A stretch of 64,000 nt of DNA from Prorocentrum cordatum (lineage: Eukaryota): contig CAUYUJ010000225.1 of the NCBI GenBank assembly GCA_963575745.1, positions 1,302,001-1,366,000 on the forward strand, in the 5' to 3' direction. Of the stretch, positions 30,556-43,399 are shown in pieces; positions within the stretch are counted from its first letter, which is position 1, and each line of letters begins with the position of its first letter. The translations under genes and the position numbers were made by a program. A model generated the notes under the pieces. The model searched no databases, was not told where the DNA came from, and worked only from the letters and a program-made list of their open reading frames with translations.

Positions 30556-32994
30556 TATATTCCTCCTCCTCCTCCTCCCCTCCTCGTCCTGCTCCTCCTC
30601 CTCCTCCTCCTCCTTTTCCTCCTCCTAACAATCCCCATCGTCCCTCTCCTCATCCTCATCCCTCCGCCCTTCTCCCTCCTCCTCCTGCGTTCCCTGGTCA
30701 TCTTCCTCCTCCTGCTCCTCCTCGTTCTCCTTCTCCTCCCCCTCCTTTTCCTCCTCCTCCTCCTTCTCCTCCTCATCATCCCCTCCTTCAACACCTTCAT
30801 CCAAACAAATCTCTCGGGCATCGATTCTGGATGGGCCTATGGGAATGCGTAAAGCGTCACACATTTCCAACCTGGCATGATGCTTCCCATATAGGCTTGC
30901 CTATAGGAGTCCTTGCCCAATCCATATAGAGAACTGGTCCACTGGTCCCCCGATATGCTGTTCTTGCACTCGTCAAGCTATGCGCATGGCTAACTGTGTG
31001 TCCGCCAATTCCTCTTGGTATCCGAGTGGTATTATCTGCGACTCCTTCAGGGTAGGGTTGGGTAGGGTAGACCAGAGTAGGGTAGACGGCGGAGTCGAGT
31101 CAGCTATAATAGAGTAGGGCATAATATAATAGAGCATAATATAATAGAGTAGAGTCTATCAGGAGTAAACGCGAGTAGGCGTAACACACACTAGAGTGCA
31201 TTAGGTTAGGGTAGTAGTGAAAGCAGTAGAGCAAAGGAGTATAGGAGAACCGTAGGAGAACGGTCAGAGAAGACGTAGAGCAGAGTAGGGTAGAGCAGCT
31301 CAGTCTGGGGTAGGGTGGAGTAGGGTGGACTATAATGGAGAAGCGTGGAGTGGAGCAGGAGTAGAGTTGGAGCAGAGTAGTAGGGCAGAAACCGAGCGTC
31401 CAAGACGGTCTCGGCGAGAGGACACACATCATGTGTTTGACACAGGTCTGGGGCCAGGTTTGGCTTCCCCGGGGGGGGACTGTAGTTTACTCCCCCCGGC
31501 TTTGATCGGTCTCATCCGAGATGGCCCCCGAGGCTTCCAAGGGTGTCCCAAGAGGGCCCCGAGAAGCGCCCAGGAGACCGCGAGGGGCCCCCAAGAGGTC
31601 CCCGGGAGGTCCCCAGGAGACCCTCAAGAGGCTCTCCAGAGGCACCCAAGACGCTCCCACAGGCTCCCAGGATCACCAAGAGGCCCCCTGGACGCCCCAA
31701 GAGAACTCCCAGAACCTCTCACGTGAAATCCGAAGCGACACCGGTAGGTATCCGAGAGGCCCCTGGCTTTTCTGCTCGTCCTCCTCCTCCTCCGCCTATT
31801 CCTCCTCCTCCTCTTCCTCCTCCACCTATTCTTCCTCCTCTCTCCTCTTCCATCCCCCTCCCTTTCCCCCTCCGCATCCTTCTCCCACTCCTCCTCCTCC
31901 TCCTCCGATTACTCCTCCATCCTCCACATCTTAGGGCATAACGGCTTCCCCAGCTCCTTATTGCACTGCATGCTTCTCCACATCCCCGATCGGGGCAACT
32001 CGCCTGGGCATCGTTTCTGGATGGGCTGGTGGCGGCATCTTGGACGCATGCTGGAGGGGCTAATCTTAGGAATACTTTGAAGCCGTTTGGATGCCGTCTT
32101 GGGACGCTCTTGGGGGCATTTGTGGGCCGTCTCGAGGGCTTCCAGGGCCGTCTCCGGGCCCTCCTGGGCCGCCTGGGGGGCCCAACTTGAGCCCATCTGG
32201 GGGCGCTGTTGGGCCGTGATGAGCCCTCTGGGACTGCCGTTGTGCTCCTCTTTGGGCCCGCGTGGGTCCTTCTTGAAGCTCCCTGCGGGCTCCTTCGGAC
32301 CGTATGTTGGAGGCCTCGTGGACCGTGTATGGTGCCCTAGCGACTGTGAAGGCCAGCATACGGAAAACGTGCAAACACCACAAACAAATCTATGACTTGA
32401 CACAGTGAACAATCGTCATCCTCATCCATGCCTTCCTCATACTTACCCGTTACGAAAGTCATCAATCTAGGGCGATTGTGACTACGGCGACGTCAAGCGC
32501 CCCCCCTTTCCCCCCGTAGACTCCTAGTACGACTCCGTTCGGCGTGGACGGGCGGGAGAGGTTTCCCGAGTCCTTCCTGGTTACAATTCAAAGAATGTGA
32601 AGGATTCGGGATTCAATATATCTCTTTCCTCCTCCTCCTAATCCCCATCCTCACCCTCCTCGTCCTCCTCGCTCGTGCCTTCTCCTCCTCCTCCTCCTCC
32701 TCCTCCTCCTCCTCCTCCTCCTCCTCCTCCTCTCCTCCTCCTCACCATCCGTCTCCTCGCGACATCACCAGTGGTAGTGACCGCAGATGGTTTCGGATAC
32801 GGCGGCGCGCCCCCCGCAACCCGAGAGCATGCTGCGGGTCGGCTGGCTCTGTCGGCGTCCAGAGGCGCAGCCGTCGAGGTGGCAACCGAGTGGAACGCAG
32901 CTCCAGAGGAGGGGAGAGGAAGATCGGGGAGTGGGAGAGGGACAAAGGGAGACGAAGAAACGCTGCTTCACAGGGCCGCGACTGCCTTCGCAAC

Positions 32995-33030
32995 CTTCTC
33001 GTCAAGGCCGTCGGGGACGGGGTACTCCAG
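32995..33030 (-). CDS. Channel exon, turret: LEYPVPDGLDEK
   Basis: CAG| acceptor, AG|GT donor; 36 nt; supplies the conserved post-S5 Glu. Confidence 0.7.
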
Positions 33031-33383
33031 CTGAAGAGCTTGTTTGCTTGGCGGCGGCGTCTCTGCTCGCCGACTCGCCCACACAAGCTCGGCGAGCACA
33101 CGCAGACCAATACACGCACACATGATTACGCACACCCCGCAAGTGCACAAACACGCACTGACGCTGGCGCACGCACATGAACACCATGAGACCAACCAAA
33201 GTGCGGGGCGCGGCACAACATCAGATCCGGGATCGCTTTGCTGCGTCAAGTGTCGCGTCATGCTTGGCATCGCTCTTCGCGTCCACGTCTCACCCTCCCC
33301 TGCGGAAGCACGCAACAAGAACGGTCCAGACCTCCTCCTCCTCCTCCTTTTTCTCCCTCCTCCTCCTCCTCCTCTTCCTCTTC

Positions 33384-33384
<1 letters not shown>

Positions 33385-33450
<66 letters not shown>

Positions 33451-33451
33451 G

Positions 33452-33483
<32 letters not shown>

Positions 33484-33514
33484 CTACTACGACTACTACT
33501 ACTACTACTACCTA

Positions 33515-33554
<40 letters not shown>

Positions 33555-33603
33555 CACTACGACTACTACTACGACGACAACGACGACGACGAGACCGACG
33601 ACG

Positions 33604-33663
<60 letters not shown>

Positions 33664-33779
33664 GCTAGCTACTACTATACTACTGACTACGACTAACTAT
33701 TACTACTACGACTACTACGACTACTACACTACCACTACACTACTACTACTACTACTACTCACTACTACTACTACTACTA

Positions 33780-33812
<33 letters not shown>

Positions 33813-33829
33813 GTCTACTACTGCTACTA

Positions 33830-33909
<80 letters not shown>

Positions 33910-33933
33910 TACTATTACGACTACTACGACTAG

Positions 33934-33973
<40 letters not shown>

Positions 33974-33979
33974 GCTACT

Positions 33980-34012
<33 letters not shown>

Positions 34013-34098
34013 ACTTACGACTACTTCGACTTACTACTACTACTAGTACTACTACTACTATACTTCTGCTACTACTACTCTGCTGCTGCTACTACTCG

Positions 34099-34140
<42 letters not shown>

Positions 34141-34216
34141 GCTACTGCTACTGCTACTACCACTACCACTACCACTACCACTACCACTACCACTACCACT
34201 ACCACTACCACTACCA

Positions 34217-34288
<72 letters not shown>
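33385..34288. repeat. (CTA)n microsatellite block
   Basis: Directly visible. Confidence 0.98.
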
Positions 34289-34679
34289 ATCACCAGCCTC
34301 TTTTTCCCCCCCCTCCGTAGCTCTGCCACCTCCTCATCATATTCTCGAGTGAACTTGGCAATGGCAATGAGGAGGCCCGCCAGTGGCCCTCTCAAGGACA
34401 AGGCAAGCGAATAAAACACCCTGCTGAGGGGCCCTGACCAGCACCTAGATACCAGTTTGCGTGGCGTTCCCCTCCCACCTCACCTCCACCTCATCTCCGC
34501 CCTCCACCCTCCACCCTCGATCTCCAACCCCAACCCCCCACCCCCGCCCTCCACCTCCAACCCCTCGTCTTCCTATCACGTTCGCCCTCGAGCTCCCCAT
34601 CGCGGCGAACTCGGGGCCGCACGCAAAAGTGGCCCCAGGCAAGAGTGACCTTTGGGGGGGGGGCGCAAAGGGGGCCAGA

Positions 34680-34839
34680 CTCAGGTCGGGCATGTCCCCC
34701 TACAGGCGGATTTTGGGCGAAATCTGAAAACACTCGGAAAATACCCCCACATTGTCAAGAATACTCAAAACATCGTTCCCCAACTCTTTTTTTACCATTT
34801 TAGAATCTTTCTCCTGTCGAGGGACACGCCCGACCTGAG
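34680..34839. mobile_element. MITE with about 27-bp TIRs and 6-bp TSD GCCAGA
   Basis: CTCAGGTCGGGCATGTCCCCCTACAGG ... CCTGTCGAGGGACACGCCCGACCTGAG; GCCAGA on both sides; second copy about 41178-41320. Confidence 0.75.
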
Positions 34840-35319
34840 GCCAGAGACAAAAGCAAAAGCGCGCAGGCCGCTGCTGCCACATCGCACTCCACGAGCGGGG
34901 GTCGGTCCCAGTGGGCCCGCACCTGAAAGGCCACTCCGGCGAGGGGTGGAACCCTTGCGCGCGGTCGGCGAACGCAGGCGGCGGGGACGTGAACTGCTGG
35001 GCGGGGCCCAGGCAGGGGAGGCCCCGCCGAAGTCTGGCAACACAGCAGGCGTGACACTATCTTGACGCCACAGGGGGTGCGCAGGGGGGGGGTCCTCTCC
35101 CCGCGGTCTCCACGCGCCCCAGCCGTCCCCGCACAGCAGGTATGGCACTTTCTCGACACCATAGGGGGCGTTTGGGGGGTGGTCTCTCACCGCGATTTCT
35201 ATACGCCCCAGTCGTCCCGGCACAACGGGAACAAGGAGGCCCCGCCCGAAGTTTGGGCGGAGCCCCCGGGGCCACCAGCCCCGGGCGACCGACGGCAGGG
35301 GGAGACAAACACTCCCCTG

Positions 35320-35470
35320 CTCCCCCGAACTCAAAGTTGACACGCGCGGGGGAGACCGCGGTCGAAGTGCAACTCGTCAGACCCACTGCCAACCTTCAAC
35401 ATTGGGGGGGAGGGGGGGAGGCGCTGACCGATGAATGTGGCATGCGTGTTCGCTATTTTTGTTCCGAGGT
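35320..35470. repeat. Dispersed repeat; inverted copy at about 49205-49360
   Basis: Shared TGACCGATGAATGTGGCATGCGTGTTCGCTAT and flanks. Confidence 0.7.
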
Positions 35471-36125
35471 CTGGATGGCAGGAAAGTGGCGCGCGCGCGC
35501 CACCGCTAGGGTGGCGGGGGGCGCGCGGGGGGGGGGTCGGCGGAAATCGGCAGGCTAGTGAGCCTCCAATGAGAGATCGGAATCCAAATCGAACTGGAGA
35601 TCGCGTAGCTTTTAGCGGAAGAGGTTCGCTCTCGCCCCGCAGATCAAACGTGTCTGGAGATCGCATCCTGATTGATACACCCCTTTTTTAATGAAAGACG
35701 TAATGGAACACTAATTCGGTGCATGGTCGCTGCGATCGTGACTACAAGCGCGCTCGGCTTTCGCAAGTGATGCGGAAGAAGGGGCTTTGGTCACAATCGC
35801 AATGACGTCAATCTTCGTTAAACACAACTCGTTCACGCCACGCTCCGAATGAACAGCGCCCCATGGCGTAGTGCGCGAGGGCGGTGTGCTCCCTGGAGCT
35901 TGAGAGAGACACCAGCTCAACAGATCCCAGGAACCGAATGCTTAGGGAATGCTGTAGGTTCACACGTCTGGCCTCCGAGACGTTCGGAATCCCGAGCCTC
36001 CCCCAGAATGCATTGCTACACAGACAGTCCATACAGCTCTGCACACGATACTTGGCAGCTGTTGCCGACCTTCCAAGTCGGCGTGTTGGAGCGTTGGAAA
36101 GCCAGCGTCGCATGGGTGCGCGCTC

Positions 36126-36184
36126 CTGCTGTAGTAGCACGCCGCAGAGCGCGGAGATGCAAACCACGATCAAGACCAGTGAAC
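36126..36184 (-). CDS. Channel exon, S5: SLVLIVVCISALCGVLLQQ
   Basis: Hydrophobic TM segment; AAG|G acceptor, AG|GA donor; 59 nt; phase consistent. Confidence 0.85.
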
Positions 36185-36560
36185 CTTTGACGCCCCAGGG
36201 AGAAGGACAGAGGAGCGAGGAGGAAGACGAGGGGGAAGAGCAGGAGGACGACATACACGCGAGGAAGAGGAAAGGGGGAGTCCAGAAGGAGGCAGCGGAG
36301 GGTCCGGGACGGGTGATCCTAAGGGGGGCCAGTAGGGAGGCCCCACCCCCACTCTCATCCGCCTGCGGCTCCTCCTCCTCCTCCTCCTCCTCATTCTCCT
36401 CCTCCTCCTCTTCAAGAGAGGAAGAGAGAGAGAGAGAGAGAGAGAGAAAGAAAGAAAGAAAGAAAGAGAGGGAAAGAGAAAGAGACAGAGAGAGAGAGAG
36501 AAAGACAGAAATCCGCCGACCCTGTCGGCGTGTGGAAGATGCTTTTCCGTTCGTCGTGAA

Positions 36561-36651
<91 letters not shown>

Positions 36652-36661
36652 GCTCTTCCGT

Positions 36662-36720
<59 letters not shown>

Positions 36721-36944
36721 CCTCCCCTCAGGCGCGCCAGCCAAAGCGAAACCAAAGCGAAATCGAGCAACGTCGTAGCTGAGTCGAAGGCAAAGCGAAA
36801 TTGAGCAACGTCGTAGCTGAGTCGAAGGGAAGCCCCTTCCCTTTGATCCCTTCCCCGCCGGGGGGGGGGGGGGTCCCGGGGGGGGTCCCGGGGAGGGGAA
36901 GGGGGGGGGCAGATACGCATCCCCCCCGGGATGTCCCGGGACCT

Positions 36945-37460
36945 AGAAAAGCCCCCAGACTGGCCAAGAGTGCCCCAAGAGGCTTCCAAGACGGCTCCAG
37001 AGGGCCCCGAATCGCCGAACCATCGGTCGAAGACGCCAAAGTAGCCTCCAGACGGCCCAAGAGATTGCCAAGACGCTCCAAGAAGTCTCCAAGAGCACTC
37101 CCAAGAGGGCACGAAGAGGGAAAATCAATGATTTCCTTAAAGTTTTTGACAGATTTTGGCGTTCTCGCCGTTTCAACTTGCCGACGCTCCAAGACGGCCC
37201 CAGATGCCCCCAAGATTGCCCCAAGATAGCCCAAGAGGCCTCAAGAGAGCCCCAAAATGACCCAAGAGAGCCTCAAGACCGCCCAAGATGCCTCCAAGAT
37301 GGCCCCAGAGGCTCCCCAAACGGCTCCAACAGGGTGCCCAGACGGGGGGCCCGACGAGCCCTCGGCGACAGAGGCTCCCAGGAAGCCCCAAGATGCCCCC
37401 AAGAGGCCACCACGAGACCCCCAAGAGGCCCCCAGGAAGCCCCAAGAGGCCCCCCCCGCT
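36945..37460. repeat. CCAAGA/GGCCCC-rich dispersed repeat family; also about 2740-3640(-), 26110-26290, 28150-28600, 31520-31720, 32050-32300(-), 38560-39150, 57180-57780
   Basis: Recurrent CTCCAAGACGGCCCAAGA motifs; colinear blocks. Confidence 0.8.
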
Positions 37461-39299
37461 ACATTAGAGAACGCATGGGTCGCCCTCCAGGGTCGGCGGC
37501 ACTGGCCGTAAGGCCTTCGCAATAGAGAGAGAAAGACAGAAATAGAGAGGGAGAGGGAGAGGGAGAGGGAGAGAGAGAGAGAGAGAGACAAACAAAAAAG
37601 AGAGAGAAAACAAATATTAGAGGGAGAGAGAGAGGGGGGAGAGGGAGAAGTGATACAATAGAGAGAGAGGGACAGAGACAGAGAGCAGAGAGAGAGAGAG
37701 AGAGAAAGAGAGACATAGAGAGGAAGAGGGAGAGAGAAAAAGAGATAGCACAAGAGAGAGAGAGAGAGACTGGCAGAGAGAGAGAGGGACAGAGAGATGG
37801 TGGAGGGTGGGAACGGCCCCGTGGAACACCCTGGTGGCTCCCATTTGTGCGAGCCGAATCCAAAACCTGCTACATCGCTGTGTCCATGGAGCTATGGGAA
37901 GAATCTCGTCCACTGGGCCATCTGAGTTGACCTGTGCATGAGCGTCTGGGTGCGAATGCACGAGTATGAGTATGAGTATGAGTGCGTCCCAATAGGAGTA
38001 GCTAAGTGTGGGTGAGGCTGATTACGTATGAAAGACTCTGAGCATGAGCGAGCTTGAGTGTGAAAGACTCTGAGTATGATTGCTGGGTGTGAGTCTGGAT
38101 GTGGGTGAGACTGGGCACGAGTGAGTCTTCGTATGCCTTGGTATGAATTTGAGTATGCGGAACGCCTGATTATGACAGAGGGGAGAAGACGGGAGTGGCT
38201 GAGTGAGGCTGCGAGACTCGTCAGTCTGGGCATGGGCCAGTCTGAGCACGAGTGAGTCTAAGAATGAGCGAGGCTGAGTGTCTGTGGGTCGGAGTGCGAA
38301 AGGTCTGCGAATGAGTGAGTCTGGGTAGGATTGAGACAGGAGGGGGAGTGAGGAGATCAGGTGAGGAGGCGGAGACATGACATCAATTCGCCGGCTCAGC
38401 GGGCCAAGGGCGTGCTGAGATCTCCGGTGACTGGTTAACAATATTCTAGTTCGCGCGCGCGGGGCCGCCCCTGGGGGTCCCCGGACGAAAAGTACCCCGG
38501 CAAGGTCCTGGCAAGTCTGGCAAGGTCCTGGCAAGCCCCGGAAAGGTCCCGAGCAGGTCCCGGCCAGGTCCCAGCAGGCTCCCAAGAGCGTTCCAGGAGC
38601 GCTTCAAGTGGCCTCCTAGAGAGCTCAACATGGCCCGAGACGGCCCGAGAGCGATCCAAGACGCCAAAGATGGCCTTCAGACGCCCCCAAAGGCCTCCAA
38701 GAGACCTCCCAAGAGGGCCCGGCCCACAGAGGCAGAAATTAATGATTTCACTGCAATGTTTGAAGGTTTTTGGCGTTCTCGCCCTGGGAGCTTCCAGGCG
38801 CTCCAAGACGGCCCAAGAGGCTTTCAGGATTGCCCCAACACGGCCCAAGAGGCCTCCAAGAGCGCCCACAACGGCCCCAGAGGGCCCCAAGACAGCCCCA
38901 TCTGCCTCTAAGATGGCCGAAGAGGCTCCCAAGACGGCTCCAAGAGCGGGCCCAGACGAGGGACCCGAACGGACATGTCGAGCTCCAGGCGCAGAGAGGT
39001 TCCCTGGAGGCCGGGAAAACCCCCAAGAAGCCCCCAAGAGGCCCCCGAGAGGCCCCAAGAGACCCACAAGAGGCCCCAAGAAGCCCCTGTGACGCCCCAG
39101 GAGGTCACAGGTCACAGAAATACCGCGCCAAGAGGCCCCCGAGAGGCCTCCTATCGTCTCACCAACCCTTCCTTTCTTCCCTCTCCTCCTCTTCCCCCAT
39201 CTGCATCAACGACCCTGCATCCTCGAACGACAAGCGCTACAAAAAGTCATCAAGACTGGAATCGAGAGGCTTCCTCCATATCCTTTTCCTCCCCTCTTC

Positions 39300-39471
39300 C
39301 TGCTCCTCCTCGTCCTCCTCCTCGTCCTCCTCCTCCTCCTCCTCCTCCTCCTCCTCCTCATCCTCATCCTCATCCTCATCCTCATCCTCATCCTCATCCT
39401 CATCCTCATCCTCATCCTCATCCTCATCCTCATCCTCATCCTCATCCTCATCCTCATCCTCATCCTCATCC

Positions 39472-39564
<93 letters not shown>

Positions 39565-39608
39565 GCATCAGCATCAGCATCAGCATCAGCATCAGCATCA
39601 GCATCATC

Positions 39609-39639
<31 letters not shown>

Positions 39640-39815
39640 ATCATCATCATCATCCTCATCCTCATCCTCATCCATCCTCATCCTCATCCTCATCCTCATC
39701 CTCATCCTTATCCTCATCCTCATCCTCATCCTCATCCTCCTCATCCTCATCCTCATCCATCATCATCTCATCCTCATCCTCATCCTCATCCTCATCCTCA
39801 TCCTCATCCTCATCC

Positions 39816-39880
<65 letters not shown>
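39300..39880. repeat. (TCC)n/(TCCTCA)n/(TCA)n compound microsatellite; similar (CAT/CAG)n block at 51250-51730
   Basis: Directly visible. Confidence 0.95.
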
Positions 39881-39881
<1 letters not shown>

Positions 39882-40436
39882 CATTCCTCCTCCTCTTCCT
39901 CCTTCTCTTCCAAACGACAGCGGCGAGGCAACATCATCATCCTCCCCTTCCTCCTCCTCTTCCTCCTTTTCTTCCAAACGACAGCGGCGAGGCAGCATGG
40001 GCCGGCGGAATGATCGAAGCGATTCAATCACAATAAAGCATGCCTACATTACCCTGGATAATGCAACTCTCGCGCGCGGTCCGTCTCCCCGCGCCCCTCA
40101 ATTTCAATGTTCACGCGGGGCGCAACGCAATTCTATTTTTCCGCCGCCGGCTGCGGCCGACTCAACATTGAGATCGAGTGTCTGCCGGGGGGGGGGCAAG
40201 AAATTGACAAAAATAGTAACATTAATTTTGCAGGGAGACGTAGAATATGGGGAATGAGAGGAGGGGTGGGATGAGGAAGCTGGGGGAGGAGCAGCGGAAG
40301 AGGAGGAGGAGGAGGCGGGTATTGGCTGGGAGGTGTCACGAGACGCAAGAGGGATTGACCGTCGCGTGCCGCCTCTTGGAAGGGAGGGGGGGTGGGCGTT
40401 GGTTCGACACCCGCTTCCATCGTCTCCCCAGTGAGC

Positions 40437-40530
40437 CGATGATCCGCACGCTGTGCGTCATCGTGGTGAAAAGCACTGCCAGGGTCGCGCTCCACTTGCC
40501 CAGCTTCGCCACGCGCAGGATCCTGAAGGC
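40437..40530 (-). CDS. Channel exon, S4 and S4-S5 linker: AFRILRVAKLGKWSATLAVLFTTMTHSVRII(G)
   Basis: Continues the RxxR periodicity; CAG|G acceptor, CG|GC donor; 94 nt, phase 1 matches next exon. Confidence 0.92.
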
Positions 40531-41065
40531 CTGGGGTCTCTGCTTGCCGGCGGGCGTCAACTTTACACCCAGAGCCATCCTGACCAGCCCATCCTGGGCC
40601 CAAGATCGGTGCGTGCACGGGAGGAGGGAGGAGGGAGGGAGGGAGGGAGGGAGGAGCCTCCACAACTGGCAAGGATATGGGCCTGGCCCCGGATCAGCGC
40701 AGGTGTCTCATGGACGCCCTCCGAAGCTTGCTCTTGGCACGGAAGAAGTGGCCAGATGCTGCCCAGGCGGAGCCCAGAGAGCGAGCCCGCTGCAGCCAGC
40801 CAGCCACTTCCTCTGACAGGCTGGGCTTCACGTAATCAGGCGCGCGCGCAGCTCGACACCTTCAGGCTCCAGGGGGACCGACAAGTGGTCGTGCCATTGT
40901 GAGCCGCTGGAGTTTGCTGCAATCACGCGCCCACGTTTCTCAAGGCGCCCCTGTCTGCGGCATGCACCAAGAGAGAGAGAGAGATAGAAAGAGAGATAGA
41001 GAGAGAGAGGGAGAGAGAGAGAGAGGGACACTGCAACAGAAGTTCGATCGACTGCGCTCAGCTTG

Positions 41066-41177
41066 ACTCTTGGCCCTGCTGCGGCCAGGGGAGACAGGCA
41101 CAGCCAGGGACGGCCTCGCTGGGTGGAGAACGCTGACCAGGAGGTACAAGGACGCTAGCTGTGCGCCAACAGCAAGC
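41066..41177 (+). mobile_element. Short copia gag-like fragment
   Basis: RDGLAGWRTLTRRYK resembles gag NG.EAWR.L..RY. Confidence 0.3.
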
Positions 41178-41320
41178 CTCAGGTCGAGCATGTCCCCCTA
41201 CAGGCGGATGTTGGAGGACAAATATTCAAAACTAGTCAACAAATATTAGAAACATCGCCCCCAGGCTATCTTTAAAAATATGTTTGAATATTCCTCCTGT
41301 AGAGGGACATGTCCGATTTA
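41178..41320. mobile_element. Second copy of the 34680 MITE family
   Basis: Shares CTCAGGTCG.GCATGTCCCCCTACAGGCGGAT and right TIR CCTGTAGAGGGACATG. Confidence 0.65.
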
Positions 41321-41636
41321 CAGTCGGGGCGTTGACCTGAGGAACCCTAAATAAGCAACGAGGCCCCCTTTTTCCATACGTTAAACTTCGATTCCCCATC
41401 GAGAACATCAGGGGAACCTGAGTCAAGCTGTGAAACAGCTAAAGGAACACGGAGCCCCTCCCCAACGAAAAGGGTTCCTTCTTCAGCGACCCGACTGCAC
41501 AGCAACCCCGACCAGGCGCACAACTGAGGCCCAGGAGCGGCACCCTCATGCCTTCCTGGACCGGCCGGGAGGTCGCGCAGGCCGCTGCCGCGTCCGGCCT
41601 GGGGTGGGCCTGGCCAGGTCGGGTGCGCGCGAGACC

Positions 41637-41685
41637 GCAGCGAAGCTCAATGTCATGACTAAGTCATGACATTGAGCTTCGCTGC
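41637..41685. other. Perfect 49-bp palindrome (24-bp arms, 1-nt loop)
   Basis: GCAGCGAAGCTCAATGTCATGACT-A-AGTCATGACATTGAGCTTCGCTGC. Confidence 0.9.
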
Positions 41686-42346
41686 AGTCGTGCACTTCAT
41701 GACTTAGTCGTGACATGTCAACGTCATGACTAGGTCATGACTAAGTCAAGACAGGAAGCCATGGTGACATCCCGTCTTTTCAGTCGGGCTCCGCTGCACG
41801 ACCTCGCTCTCGTGGGACCGCAGCGAAGCTCAATGTCATGACCTAAGCAGACTCGAACTTCTCCCTCTCCCTATGATCGGCAGGCCAAAAGCGATGGCAA
41901 TCTTAGGGATGTGCCCTCAGAAGTTGCGGGAATCCTTAAGATCGGCACCTAGGCAAGGTGGTGCTAAAGATAGGGATAGGGATACGTTCCGAACTGGTTA
42001 TGACCTCCTGTCTTTTCAGTCGGGCTCCGCTTCACGGCCTCGCTCTCGTGGGAAGCTGCTCAAATCACATGCTCAAAGGTGAAGGGCAGCAGGAGGCAGA
42101 AGAGGAGGAGGGAAGAAGAGAGAGGAGGGGAGGGCGGGAAAAGAGAGAGAGAGAGAGGAGGAGGCAGCAGGAGAAAGGGAGGGAGGGAAGAAGAGAGAGG
42201 AGGGGAGGGAGGGAAAGAAAGAGAGAGAGAGAGAGAGAGAGAGCGAGGAGGAGGTAGCAGGAGAGGGGGAGGGAGGGAAGAAGAGAGAGGACAAGGGAGC
42301 AGGACAGGAGGCGCTCCAGCACGCTGACGGAGGCTGGGCGCGCTGC

Positions 42347-42442
42347 CCGGAAGAGACGCAGCACGCGGAAGGCGGGGAAGTTGTTGGACAGCGCAGCCCT
42401 GTCGTACAGCTCCAACCACCAGGGCAAGATTGTGATTAGGTC
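42347..42442 (-). CDS. Channel exon, S3 and start of S4: DLITILPWWLELYDRAALSNNFPAFRVLRLFR
   Basis: Kv-type D-L-x-x-I-L-P-x-x S3 and R-x-x-R S4; CAG|G acceptor, GG|GC donor; 96 nt. Confidence 0.92.
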
Positions 42443-43399
42443 CTGCCAGCTGGCACATCCCTCCTCATCATAATCCTCGTCTTCCTCCTCCTTATCCTCC
42501 GCCTTCTCCTCCTCCTCCTCCTCGTCCTCCTCCTCGTCCTCCTCCTCTCCGCTGCTGATGCTCCTCCCCCCCCCCGCCTTACGCTTCTCATCGTCGTCCT
42601 CGTCCTTCCTCCCCCTCCCCCTCCCCCTCCCCCTACCCCCCCTCTTCTTCCTCCTCCTCCTCTCTTCCTCGTTCACATCCCCTACTTCTCCATTTCGTCC
42701 TCCTCCTCGCTCTTGCCTTTAAGTATGCAATGTTTTCATCATCCGGGAATCGCCTATGATCGCCTTGCATCGGTCGATCGAGTCGTCAGTCACGGTTTCT
42801 CCCAGAACTCAACGTCTCTACCGCCTAGCGGCTCGTCCCATGTTTGCCAGCCGCAATCAGGATCGTGACGAGCGCGTCTTGGCTGACCCAATACTGTGGC
42901 TGTGGAAAAAATCAGAAACTCCACCTTCATGATAATCACCCTGACAAGCGAAGCAGCTTAGTAAACGCGCCCAAGGAACGGATCGAACAGGACAGGGCTG
43001 GTTAGTAAACGCCCAGGGCCGTTTAGTAGTAAACGCCAATTGTCAGGGTCGGAGTGGTTTTCCACCCTTGACAACAATGGTTTGGCTCACAAGCGGTCAC
43101 CGCGTCCAGGATGGCCAATCCCCAACCCACGCCTTCCTCCCATACAGAGCCCCAACTGAGGGCCTGCTCCCAGTGGATTGGGTCGCATACGATGACCACA
43201 CCCAAGAGGGAAATAGAGAAAGTTTGATTGTGTCTTCTAGAGAGAATCGCAGATTTTAATTGGAAAAGTAATTAGTAATCACTATCTAGGATTCTCTTTG
43301 AATTACTATGAAACCTCTATCACACGATCTGAGAGCTGGAGTGAGCTCTCAAAAATTACACTTAATTCGATTTATTGAAAAGTAATATTCTTTATTGTA

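Noticed and set aside
37866..37931. AG...GT bounded segment between the S4-S5 and S5 exons
   Set aside because: Peptide does not fit, and the flanking exons already join with correct phase and microhomology
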